Below are positions 50,428 through 58,650 of a stretch of 64,000 bases of DNA, in pieces; positions within the stretch are counted from its first letter, which is position 1, and each line of letters starts with the position of its first letter. The position numbers and the translations under genes were made by a program. The stretch covers positions 1,120,001 to 1,184,000 of the forward strand of contig OZ244799.1 of assembly GCA_965219955.1 (NCBI GenBank), in the 5' to 3' direction. The notes beneath the pieces were generated by a model, which saw nothing but the letters and a program-made list of their open reading frames with translations, ran no database searches and was not told where the DNA came from. The stretch comes from a bacterium. Lineage in GTDB: Bacteria; UBA8248.

Positions 50428-51453
50428 TCAGGCGAGGGGCGCCGGCTCCCTGTAGACATCCTTGTTCCGCATCAGCGCCCACGCGATGCGCGCCATCCGG
50501 TTCGCCAGCGCCACCGCCACCACCTTCCTCGGCTTGCGCGCCAGCATCCGCGCCAGCCACGGACACGGCGGCTTCCGGCGACGCCCCGCCCAGCGTATCT
50601 CCGACATCGCGCCCGATATCAACAGACGCCTCACGTCGCGCTGGCCCATCTTCGACATGCCCCCCAGACGGGGCTTGCCCCCCGTGGAGTGCTGCCGGGG
50701 AACCAGACCCAGCCAGGCCGAGAAGTCACGGCCCCGACGGAAGTTCTCCACCGGCGGCGCGAACGCCCGGATCGCCGACGCCGTAATCGGACCAACACCC
50801 GGGATGCTCATCAGACGCCGCGCCTCCTCGTCCGCGTATGCGCTCGCCCGGAGCCGTCCGGTCAACTCCCGGACCTTCGCATCGAGGCCGCCAATCTGGG
50901 CGAGCAGAATCCCGCCCAACTCGCGGACCTCCTCGGGCAGGCCCGATTCCGCTCCCCGAACCGCCGCCGCCAGCCGTGTGAGGCCCACGGGCCCTTGCCG
51001 CTCGACGACCCCGAACTCCGCCAGGTGGCTGCGCAGCGCGTTGCGCGCCTGCGTGCGCTGACCCACCAGCAAATCCCGCGTGCGGTACTCCATCCCACAC
51101 CCCTGCTGCGCTTCGCTCTTCACCGCCACGAAGCGCATCGTCGCCCGGGTGGCCGCCTCGCAAATGGCCTCCGCATCCGCCGCGTCGTTCTTGTGGCGCT
51201 TCACGTAGGGCTTCACGTAGACCGGCGGCATGAGCCGAACCTCATGGCCGAGCTTGCCGACCTCGCGCCCCCAGTAGTGCGCGCTCGCGCACGCCTCCAT
51301 CGCCACCACGCATCGAGGCTGCGACGACAGAAACTCCAGCACCTTCGCCCGCGTCAGCTTCTTGCGGAACGCGACCCGCCCGTCCGCCCACGCGCCGTGG
51401 AGTTGAAAACTGTGTTTCGCCAAGTCGACCCCGATGATGTAGACTCCTCCCAT
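50428..51453 (-). CDS. IS110/IS1111 family transposase (bridge recombinase)
   Basis: DEDD RuvC-like IGVDLAK, MEAC and KNDAADA; C-terminal SIPGVG and WLGLVPRQHSTGG. AAGGAG RBS before ATG 51453. ORF intact. Confidence 0.96.
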   Translation of the reverse strand: MGGVYIIGVDLAKHSFQLHGAWADGRVAFRKKLTRAKVLEFLSSQPRCVVAMEACASAHYWGREVGKLGHEVRLMPPVYVKPYVKRHKNDAADAEAICEAATRATMRFVAVKSEAQQGCGMEYRTRDLLVGQRTQARNALRSHLAEFGVVERQGPVGLTRLAAAVRGAESGLPEEVRELGGILLAQIGGLDAKVRELTGRLRASAYADEEARRLMSIPGVGPITASAIRAFAPPVENFRRGRDFSAWLGLVPRQHSTGGKPRLGGMSKMGQRDVRRLLISGAMSEIRWAGRRRKPPCPWLARMLARKPRKVVAVALANRMARIAWALMRNKDVYREPAPLA

Positions 51454-51528
51454 GGTCGTCTCCTTCCGGGCGGTGTGTGACGTCGTCTCGCCACATTCTA
51501 ATCCGCCGGAAGGAGGCGTCCACCCCAT

Positions 51529-51637
51529 CGCCCAATCGCTCGGACGAAAACACCGAAAGCGGGAGCACACACAGTCAGACATATATGTCTAACCCCTACG
51601 CCGAACCACTCAATTGGGGCTTTTACAACACCTCCCC
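51529..51637. repeat. Repeat mosaic, right part (remainder of the split REP pair and shell end)
   Basis: CGCCC completes the REP, followed by GTCAGACATATATGTCTAACCCCTAC (to 51599) and a degenerate TTTTACAACACC end. Confidence 0.75.
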
Positions 51638-51665
51638 CTATGCCGCCTGGGAAAATCTTTACCGG

Positions 51666-52415
51666 CTAGGCCAGAAAGAACCCGCCGTTCACGTCGATGG
51701 TGACGCCGGTGACGTGGCGCGCGTCTTCTGAGGCGAGGAAGGCGACGACGCCCGCGATATCCTCAGGGCTGCCGATGCGCCCCAGGGGCGTGGCGCCTTC
51801 GGTCCTTTTTCGTTGCTCATCGCTCATTTGTTCGAGGATGCGGTCGGTGCCGATGACGCCCGGCGCGACCGCGTTCACGTTGATGTTGTGGGGGCCGAAC
51901 TCGCGCGCCAGGTGGCGCGTGAGGCCGATGACGGCGGCCTTGGCGCTCGAATAGTGCGGCCCCTGGAGCACGCTGGCCGAGCGGCCCGCGACGGAGGAGA
52001 AATTGACGATCTTGCCGCCCCTTCGCTCCTGCATGTGGGGCAGCACCGCCCAGCAGGCGCGATAGGTCGTTTTCACGTTCATGTCGAACATCCTGTCGAA
52101 GGCCTCTTCGTCGATTTCCAGCGCCGTCCGGGGCAGGCCGGCCCCGACGCAGTTGACGAGGCCGTCGATGCGCCCGTGCGCCGAAATCGTATCCGTGAAA
52201 ACTTTTTTCACGTTTTCCGAGTCGAGCGCGTTGTAAGCCACGGCGCTCGCGTCGCCGACGCCTCCTGCCTTGACGAGACTGACGGTTTCTTCGCGTGATT
52301 CGGCGATGTCCATGCAGACGACGTGCGCGCCCTCGCGCGCGAGCCTGAGCGCGCTCGCCCGTCCGATGCCCCCGCCCGCGCCCGTGATGATGATGGTCTT
52401 GTTCTCGAAACGCAT
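51666..52415 (-). CDS. Short-chain dehydrogenase/reductase (FabG-like)
   Basis: TGAGGGIG, YSSAK, NVNAVAPG and DVNGG. Start moved to ATG 52415. Confidence 0.93.
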   Translation of the reverse strand: MRFENKTIIITGAGGGIGRASALRLAREGAHVVCMDIAESREETVSLVKAGGVGDASAVAYNALDSENVKKVFTDTISAHGRIDGLVNCVGAGLPRTALEIDEEAFDRMFDMNVKTTYRACWAVLPHMQERRGGKIVNFSSVAGRSASVLQGPHYSSAKAAVIGLTRHLAREFGPHNINVNAVAPGVIGTDRILEQMSDEQRKRTEGATPLGRIGSPEDIAGVVAFLASEDARHVTGVTIDVNGGFFLA

Positions 52416-52606
52416 GCCTTTCCTCCTTTGGGTGATGCCGCATCCTAGCCCAGGTCGGAAAAAATGTCGCCCAAGTGTGGAGCGCTTCTCAGTCTGCGAA
52501 GAAGATGGTAATTTGCTCGTTCCATTCAACTGGAAACCCGCCCGAGGAGAAAGGTTGAAGGAAAATGAACGCACAAGGTCAGAAAGAAGATGAAGGGTAA
52601 AGTAAA

Positions 52607-53644
52607 ATGAAGTTCTCGATTTTTTACGTGATTTGCCCCGAGGGGGGCGAATCGGAAGCCGACGCCTACCAGAAGGTGATGGAGCAATGCCAGGCGGCGG
52701 ATGAACTCGGCTACCATTGCGCGTGGTTCGCGGAGCATCATTTCTCAAAGGTGGGCATGTGCCCGGACCCTTTGCTCTGGTGCGCCGCGCTGGCGCAGAA
52801 GACGAAGAACATCCGCCTCGGCACGGCGATATCGATCATGCCGTTCCACAACCCTGTGCGCCTGGCCGAGCAGGCGGCGGTGGTCGATTTGCTGAGCGGC
52901 GGGCGGCTCGAACTCGGCGTGGGCCGGGGTTCCCAGCCCAAGGAGTTCAAGACGTTCGGCGCAAGGCCTTCCGAGAGCAGAAGGCGGCTCGTCGAGGGCA
53001 TGGAGATCGTCTCGAGGCTCCTGGAAGGCGAGCAGGTGACCTTCGAGGGCGAGTTCTACCGCTGCAAGGACGTTGAAATCTTCCCAAAACCCCTCCAGAA
53101 GCCGAGGCCGCCCATCTGGCTGGCGGGCACGAGCCCCGAGACCTACACCTACGCGGGCGAGAACGGCTTCAAGATCATGGCTTCGGCCGGCTTCAAGGGA
53201 CCCCAGGTCTACCGCGACAAGATGAAGCTCTACGAGGAAGCCGTGGCGGCGGCGGGCGGCGACCTGTCCGATATCGACTACACCATGACGCACCGCTTCT
53301 ACGTCTGCGAGGAGGGCGAGCAGGCCGACTACCTCGAAAACTTCGAACGTGGACTGTCTTCCTACCTCGAATACCGCGCCCGGGTGAACGAGGTGGAGTT
53401 CACGGACGAGGAGGGAAGGCACCTCCAGCGCAACTGGAGCTACAAGCTCGACGTGCGCGAGTTCCTGAACGGCGGCGGCGTCATCGGCTCCGCGGAGGAG
53501 AACATTCAGGAGCTTTATCGCTTGAGGGATGATTTCGGGCTGAACCACGTGATTCTCGGCGTTTACGGCGACGGGATGAAGCACGAGGATTCTCTCAAGC
53601 TCCTTGAGAGATTCGCCAAAGAGGTCGCGCCCGCGATGGCCTGA
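52607..53644 (+). CDS. LLM-class (luciferase-like) flavin-dependent oxidoreductase
   Basis: WFAEHHF, IRLGTA, PVRLAEQ, SGGRLELGVGRG, PKPLQKPRPPIW and FAKEVAP. Confidence 0.94.
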   Translation: MKFSIFYVICPEGGESEADAYQKVMEQCQAADELGYHCAWFAEHHFSKVGMCPDPLLWCAALAQKTKNIRLGTAISIMPFHNPVRLAEQAAVVDLLSGGRLELGVGRGSQPKEFKTFGARPSESRRRLVEGMEIVSRLLEGEQVTFEGEFYRCKDVEIFPKPLQKPRPPIWLAGTSPETYTYAGENGFKIMASAGFKGPQVYRDKMKLYEEAVAAAGGDLSDIDYTMTHRFYVCEEGEQADYLENFERGLSSYLEYRARVNEVEFTDEEGRHLQRNWSYKLDVREFLNGGGVIGSAEENIQELYRLRDDFGLNHVILGVYGDGMKHEDSLKLLERFAKEVAPAMA

Positions 53645-53703
53645 CGCGCCGCTCACCCGGTGCGGCCACCCCTCGCGCGCGCAAGGCCGGGGAGGGTATC
53701 CGC

Positions 53704-54129
53704 ATGACATACGTGTTCGATTGGGACGACGGCGAAAAGATCGAGATGGTCGATATAGAACTGCCCCGGGGCTGGCGCATCCTCATCGACCCCCGGAACA
53801 CGAACTCCCGAATGCTCAGCATGGGGAATCAGGACATCCCCGTCGGCGGCGGCATCCCCGTCCATCTCCATGAGAAAGAAGAGGAAATCCTCTTCTTCCA
53901 CGAGGGCGAAGCCGAGGTGGAGGTGGACGGCGAGGTTTATCAGGTCAAGGCGGGCATGACCGCCTTTCTGCCCGTGGGCGTGGAGCACGGCCTGAGGAAC
54001 ACCGGCGACGTTCCCCTGAAACTCCTGTGGATGTTCTCACCGCCGGGATACGAAGAGATCTTCCGCCACATGGCGAACATCGACACGGACCACGGCAAGT
54101 ACGAAGAACTGCACCCGAGGGAGATGTAG
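53704..54129 (+). CDS. Cupin domain protein
   Basis: PVHLHEKEEE...G and PVGVEHGLRNTG cupin motifs. Confidence 0.9.
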   Translation: MTYVFDWDDGEKIEMVDIELPRGWRILIDPRNTNSRMLSMGNQDIPVGGGIPVHLHEKEEEILFFHEGEAEVEVDGEVYQVKAGMTAFLPVGVEHGLRNTGDVPLKLLWMFSPPGYEEIFRHMANIDTDHGKYEELHPREM

Positions 54130-54142
54130 GCGCGCGCGCGGA

Positions 54143-54530
54143 ATCCCGCGCGGTCCCAAGGAAATCCCCAAGCGCCCATCCCGCGCGGACCCGAAGAAAC
54201 CCTTAAGCGTAAGCGCCCATCCCGCGCGCAGGCCCCAGCGAATCCTCATCCCGAGTAGGCGCGCTTGCGCGCCGTATCGAGGGACGCACGCCCACAACAA
54301 GTTCAGGCCAAGTCCTTCGATACAAACGCTCCTTTCTCAGTCGCGTTTTACCTTCGGCGGCCACTCAGGGTGAGGGGTGTCGGGCAATAGCGAAGCCTGC
54401 CCCGAGCGAAGTCGAGGGGCCGCTACTCGGGGTGAAGGAGTGTTGTCCAGGGCGTAGGGGAGATTTCCTCGCTCCGGAGGGAACGCTCCAATGAATCGCC
54501 GGGCAGGCCCGGTGCCTGTCCCTGCCAGGG
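54143..54530. repeat. Short degenerate tandem repeat followed by CTCATCCCGAG-type palindromes
   Basis: ATCCCGCGCG at 54143, 54178 and 54219, then CTCATCCCGAGTAGGCGCGCTTGCGCGCCGTATCGAGGGACG (identical to the copy near 45137) and partner half-sites. Confidence 0.75.
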
Positions 54531-54558
54531 CGAGGACGGGGATGAGGGTGTGCAGGTT

Positions 54559-54933
54559 CTACTTCCCGGGTTCCTTCAAATCAATCTTCTCGATCCAGTA
54601 ATACTGCGAGAGCGTCCTCAGGCCCGACGGCGTGACGGAGACGAGCTCAGCCGTGGAGCCCTTGACGCCGCGCATGCTGCCGAGGTTCTGGTAGATGCGG
54701 ATGTGGAACTCCTCGGGCGGGAACTTCGCCGTGACGAGCAGGGCGAGCCTCGCGGGACCAGTCGCCAGGTGCGCCTTGAGTGCCGGCGTCAAGCGCGAGG
54801 GCGCCGTCGCGTAGCCGTATCCGTAATAGAGGGCGAACAGAAACGCCGCGGCGGCGAGGAACCGCACGGTGGGGTGCTGCGTCCAGCGGCGCTCGCTCTG
54901 GTCGCTCCCGGGAGTAGGTGTCGAGGCGTCCAT
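54559..54933 (-). CDS. Hypothetical membrane-anchored protein, last gene of the ABC operon
   Basis: One TM segment (FLAAAAFLFALYYGY). Starts 3 nt after the permease stop codon. Confidence 0.72.
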   Translation of the reverse strand: MDASTPTPGSDQSERRWTQHPTVRFLAAAAFLFALYYGYGYATAPSRLTPALKAHLATGPARLALLVTAKFPPEEFHIRIYQNLGSMRGVKGSTAELVSVTPSGLRTLSQYYWIEKIDLKEPGK

Positions 54934-54936
54934 CTT

Positions 54937-55797
54937 CTAGTCAGGCCTCCAGACCATGCCCCACCTCTGGATGGTCCATCTCTCCAGCGGGATAAGAAGC
55001 AACCTGTCCGTGATCATCCACATGATGGCGATGACGAGCACGCCCAGGAACACCTCTTCAATCTTGTATTCGGCGGCGGAGACGAAGATCATGAAGCCCA
55101 GGCCGCTGTCGCCGCCTATCATCTCGGCTGCGATCAGCGCGCGCCAGCCGAAGCCCATGCTCATGCGCACGCCCGTGACGATGCTGGGCAGCGCGCCGGG
55201 GATATAGACCTGGGTGATGATGGCCCATCTGTTGCCGCCCATCGTCAGGACGGAGTTTTCATACACCCGAGGTACGCCCCGCACGCCCAGGAGCGTGTTG
55301 AAGAAGATGAGCCAGAACACGGTGTTCAGCAGGATGAAGAGCGTCGTGAGCCAGCCGGTGCCGAACCACACGATGGCCAGCGGCACCCAGGCGATGCCCG
55401 ATATGGCGTTCGCGAACACGCCGATGGGCTCGAGCGCATGGGCGAAGCGGCGGCTCATGCCTGCCAGCACGCCCAGGGCGATGCCCGAGGGAATGCCGAT
55501 GACGAGGCTCAGTCCCACGCGGCCCAGGCTCGAGAGGATGTGGTTCGTGAACAGGCACTCGTACTGCATCGTGAGGGCGGCGCTCGCGCCCGCGCAGCCT
55601 TCCGAGAGCGTGTAAACCGCCTCCCAGATGGTTCCGATGGGCGGAATGTACACCGGCGGGAGCCATTCCATCGAGGTGTTCATCTGCCACATGACGAGCA
55701 GGACGGCGAAGGGGATGCTTCCCAGCAATATCTTCCGCAGCCTCTGGCGGCCGAAGCGCTTCTGTAGGCCGATGGACGCCGCCTGGAGTACGCTCAT
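54937..55797 (-). CDS. NitT/TauT family ABC transporter permease
   Basis: AWVPLAIVWFG, PGALPSIVTGVR and WRALIAAEM. Confidence 0.92.
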   Translation of the reverse strand: MSVLQAASIGLQKRFGRQRLRKILLGSIPFAVLLVMWQMNTSMEWLPPVYIPPIGTIWEAVYTLSEGCAGASAALTMQYECLFTNHILSSLGRVGLSLVIGIPSGIALGVLAGMSRRFAHALEPIGVFANAISGIAWVPLAIVWFGTGWLTTLFILLNTVFWLIFFNTLLGVRGVPRVYENSVLTMGGNRWAIITQVYIPGALPSIVTGVRMSMGFGWRALIAAEMIGGDSGLGFMIFVSAAEYKIEEVFLGVLVIAIMWMITDRLLLIPLERWTIQRWGMVWRPD

Positions 55798-56618
55798 CGC
55801 TGTACGAGCCCCCACCGCTGGATGGTGTCCGCCTCGATGGGGCGCAGGGCGAAGCGGTCGATCATGATCCAGATGACGCCGATCATCACCATGCCGAGGA
55901 TGACCTGGGCGGTGAGGTCCGCGTCCTGTGAGGTGAAGATCATCCAGCCCAGGCCGCGCCTGCCCGCGAGCATCTCGCCCGCGATGACGGCCCGCCAGGC
56001 GTAGCCGATGCCCAGCCGGGCGCCTGTGGCGATGTGGGGCATGGCGCTCGGGATCAACACGTCCTTCACGATCCTGAGCCTTGAGGCTCCCAGCGTTCGC
56101 AGGGCGTTCACGAGTATCATCGGGGTGCTGCGCACGCCCGTCAGAACGTTAAAAGCTATCGGGAAAAAGCAGGTGTAGAGGATGACGACGAAGACCGTCT
56201 TCTCGCTGTTGCCCCACCAGACGACGATGATGGGAAGGATGGCGATGCCCGATATGGACTGAAAGAAGTTCATGATGGGGTAGAACATGTCCGAGACGGT
56301 GCGGTTCAGCCCCAGGGCGATGCCGAAGGGGATGCCGAGCAACAGGCCGATGGCGCTGCCGATGACGAGCCGCCACAGCGTCTGGCCGATGTAGTTGGGC
56401 AACAAACCCTTCCAGATGACGTCGTAGGAAGACAGGACGACCGAGACGGGCGAGGGCAGGTAGCGGCTCGGGTTGGGGATGTTCTGCGAGATGACGCTCC
56501 ACAGGACGAGAATCCCCGCGATGAGGAGCACGAGTTCGATACCGCCGCCCCGGATGAAACTCCTCCACCTTCTTGAACGCGCTTTTCCCCTAGGAACCGC
56601 CCCGCTACTCCTCGTCAT
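55794..56618 (-). CDS. NitT/TauT family ABC transporter permease
   Basis: LRTLGASR, PSAMPHIATGARLG and WRAVIAGEM. Start at ATG 56618 overlaps the ATPase end. Confidence 0.9.
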   Translation of the reverse strand: MTRSSGAVPRGKARSRRWRSFIRGGGIELVLLIAGILVLWSVISQNIPNPSRYLPSPVSVVLSSYDVIWKGLLPNYIGQTLWRLVIGSAIGLLLGIPFGIALGLNRTVSDMFYPIMNFFQSISGIAILPIIVVWWGNSEKTVFVVILYTCFFPIAFNVLTGVRSTPMILVNALRTLGASRLRIVKDVLIPSAMPHIATGARLGIGYAWRAVIAGEMLAGRRGLGWMIFTSQDADLTAQVILGMVMIGVIWIMIDRFALRPIEADTIQRWGLVQR

Positions 56619-57393
56619 CGAACACCTCCTCGCGCACGAGGCGGAGAATTTCATCGCGCGGGTCGGTGTAGGCCTTCTCGGAGAGCAGGTCCTTCCAGAT
56701 GCGGTTTTCGCGCGGCACGTTGATCTTGACGGTGGCCTTGAGCTTCCCCGGACGGCGCGAGAAGATGAAGCACCTGTCACCGAGGAAAGCGGCCTCATCC
56801 ACGTTGTGCGTGATGAAGAGAATCGTCTTCTTCGTCGCGATGGCGATGCGGTTCAGCTCTTCCTGCAGGGTGATTCTCGTCTGGGCGTCCACGGCGGCGA
56901 AGGGCTCGTCCATCAGCATCACGACGGGGTTCGCGCAAAGCGTCCGCGCGAGGGCGCAGCGCTGCTTCATGCCGCCCGAGAGCTCGTGCGGGTAACGGTC
57001 CTCGAAACCCGAGAGGCCGACCAGGTCGACGAACTCCTGCACCCTCTGTTCCCGCTCGCTCCTGGCGACGCCCTGAATCTCCAGGCCGTGGCCGATGTTC
57101 CTCGCCACCGTGCGCCAGGGGAGGATGGCGTGTTCCTGGAACACCACGCCCCGGTCCGGCCCCGGCCCCCCCACCTCCTTGCCGTCCACCTGCACGCTGC
57201 CCTCGGTGTGGGGGAGAAGGCCCGCCAGGATGTTCAAGAGCGTGGTCTTGCCGCAGCCGCTCGGGCCGACGACGGCGGAGAACTCGCCGTCTTCCACGGA
57301 GAGGCTCACCCGATCCAGCGCGTGCACGTCCTCGCCCGTGTATTCGTCCGGATAATGGTGCGATAGTCCCTCGACGACCAGTTTCGCAGGCAT
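56605..57393 (-). CDS. NitT/TauT family ABC transporter ATP-binding protein
   Basis: GPSGCGKT, LSGGMKQR, MDEPF and ITH. Confidence 0.96.
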   Translation of the reverse strand: MPAKLVVEGLSHHYPDEYTGEDVHALDRVSLSVEDGEFSAVVGPSGCGKTTLLNILAGLLPHTEGSVQVDGKEVGGPGPDRGVVFQEHAILPWRTVARNIGHGLEIQGVARSEREQRVQEFVDLVGLSGFEDRYPHELSGGMKQRCALARTLCANPVVMLMDEPFAAVDAQTRITLQEELNRIAIATKKTILFITHNVDEAAFLGDRCFIFSRRPGKLKATVKINVPRENRIWKDLLSEKAYTDPRDEILRLVREEVFDDEE

Positions 57394-57418
57394 GCGTATC
57401 CGTTCCTTTCCAAGCGCA

Positions 57419-57452
57419 ATCCGCGCCCCGGCGAGACGTGCGGGGCGCGGAT
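57419..57452 (-). terminator. Stem-loop between the substrate-binding and ATPase genes
   Basis: ATCCGCGCCCCG / CGGGGCGCGGAT inverted repeat. Confidence 0.55.
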
Positions 57453-57467
57453 GTCAGGCGGCTTCGA

Positions 57468-58484
57468 CTATTTGAGGTCCTTGAACCACTCGGGGTGTTC
57501 CTTCATGGTCCGGTTGATGAACTGGAAGTCGAAGTACTTTTTGGGGTCGTAGGGACGCTTCATCTTCTTCTGGGCGATGAGCTGCTTCACCGAGAAGTTG
57601 AAGGCCTTGAGCGTGTTCTCGCCCAGGCGCGTGTCATACGTCCACCACTTGATGGTGCGCTTGATGAGGGCGGCGTCCATGCCGCGGACGTAACGCGCGC
57701 CGATTTTCGAGATCTCGTCGATGTTCTTGGGGTCGCGCACGTAGGCGGCCGCCTCGGACATGCCGTTCACGAACGCCTGGGTCGCCTTCTTGTCCTTGTA
57801 GACGCGCTCGGGCACACCGTGCATGCCCGCGCAGAAGCACACGTAGTCGCCGCCGCGCGACACGATGGAGGAACCCTTCACCTTGTCGACCATGCGGGTG
57901 AGGTAGGGCTCCCACGCCACCATGGCGTCCACGCCGCCCGAATCGAACAGCGAGACGAGGCTCGGCGGACGCACGTTGATGCGGCGCACGCCGCCCACGC
58001 CGATGCCGTTTCTCTCCAGCAGGGTGCGGAGGTAGAGGTCGCCGGTGGAGCCGAAGGTGGCGCCGATCTTCTTGCCCTTCAAATCCTTGATGCTCTTGAT
58101 GCCCTTTCCGGGGCGCACGGCGATACCCACCATCTCGTCCGTGGTGGATTTCTTGTAGGAGCCGCCGACGTAGCCCACGACGCCGCGCACCTTGATGCCG
58201 CGCTCGAGCGCCGCCGGCAGGTTGGTGAACGCGGCGGGAGCGAAGTCGATCTGTCCGGCCTTCAAGGATTTGGTGAGCTGGGCGCCCGTGTTGCGCACGA
58301 CGACTTTCCCGTCCAGCCCGTTCTTGGCGAAAAAGCCCTTGTCGACGCCGACGAAGACGATCATGCCGCCGGTGTTGCTGGCGGCGCCGAGCTTGAGCGT
58401 GGGCGCCGCCGAGGCGACCCCCGCCGCCGAGAGCGCGAAAGCAAACGCGACGGCCAGTGTGATACTGGTGAAATACCTCTTCAT
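57468..58484 (-). CDS. NitT/TauT (SsuA-like) ABC substrate-binding protein
   Basis: Signal peptide, KGFFAKNGL, DLKGKKIG and DAMVAWEP. GGAGG RBS before ATG 58484. Confidence 0.92.
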   Translation of the reverse strand: MKRYFTSITLAVAFAFALSAAGVASAAPTLKLGAASNTGGMIVFVGVDKGFFAKNGLDGKVVVRNTGAQLTKSLKAGQIDFAPAAFTNLPAALERGIKVRGVVGYVGGSYKKSTTDEMVGIAVRPGKGIKSIKDLKGKKIGATFGSTGDLYLRTLLERNGIGVGGVRRINVRPPSLVSLFDSGGVDAMVAWEPYLTRMVDKVKGSSIVSRGGDYVCFCAGMHGVPERVYKDKKATQAFVNGMSEAAAYVRDPKNIDEISKIGARYVRGMDAALIKRTIKWWTYDTRLGENTLKAFNFSVKQLIAQKKMKRPYDPKKYFDFQFINRTMKEHPEWFKDLK

Positions 58485-58650
58485 TGCTAGCCTCCAATAA
58501 TGCGAGATGAATAGAAGCGGCCACATCCGGAAGATGTCGTGGCCGTGAACGTATGATGACGAAAATTCGTATCGAATCATGGCATTGTTGAGGAAGAGCA
58601 CCCGGGACGCAAGCGCCCGCGCACCCTCCGGAATCCGTGCATCCTTCGCG

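Larger units (their letters stand above)
50154..51530 (-). mobile_element. IS110-superfamily element, IS1111 type, inserted in a REP
   Basis: Sub-terminal IRs TGGACGCC (50160-50167) and GGCGTCCA (51515-51522). CG core at both ends (50154-55, 51529-30). Removing the element restores the palindrome GGGCGGAC-CTGCGT-GTCCGCCC. Long non-coding region lies downstream of the transposase gene. Confidence 0.9.

Noticed and set aside
51454-51582. 43-aa N-terminal extension of the transposase in the ORF track
   Set aside because: It runs past the IS end at 51530 into flanking REP DNA, and the RBS supports ATG 51453.
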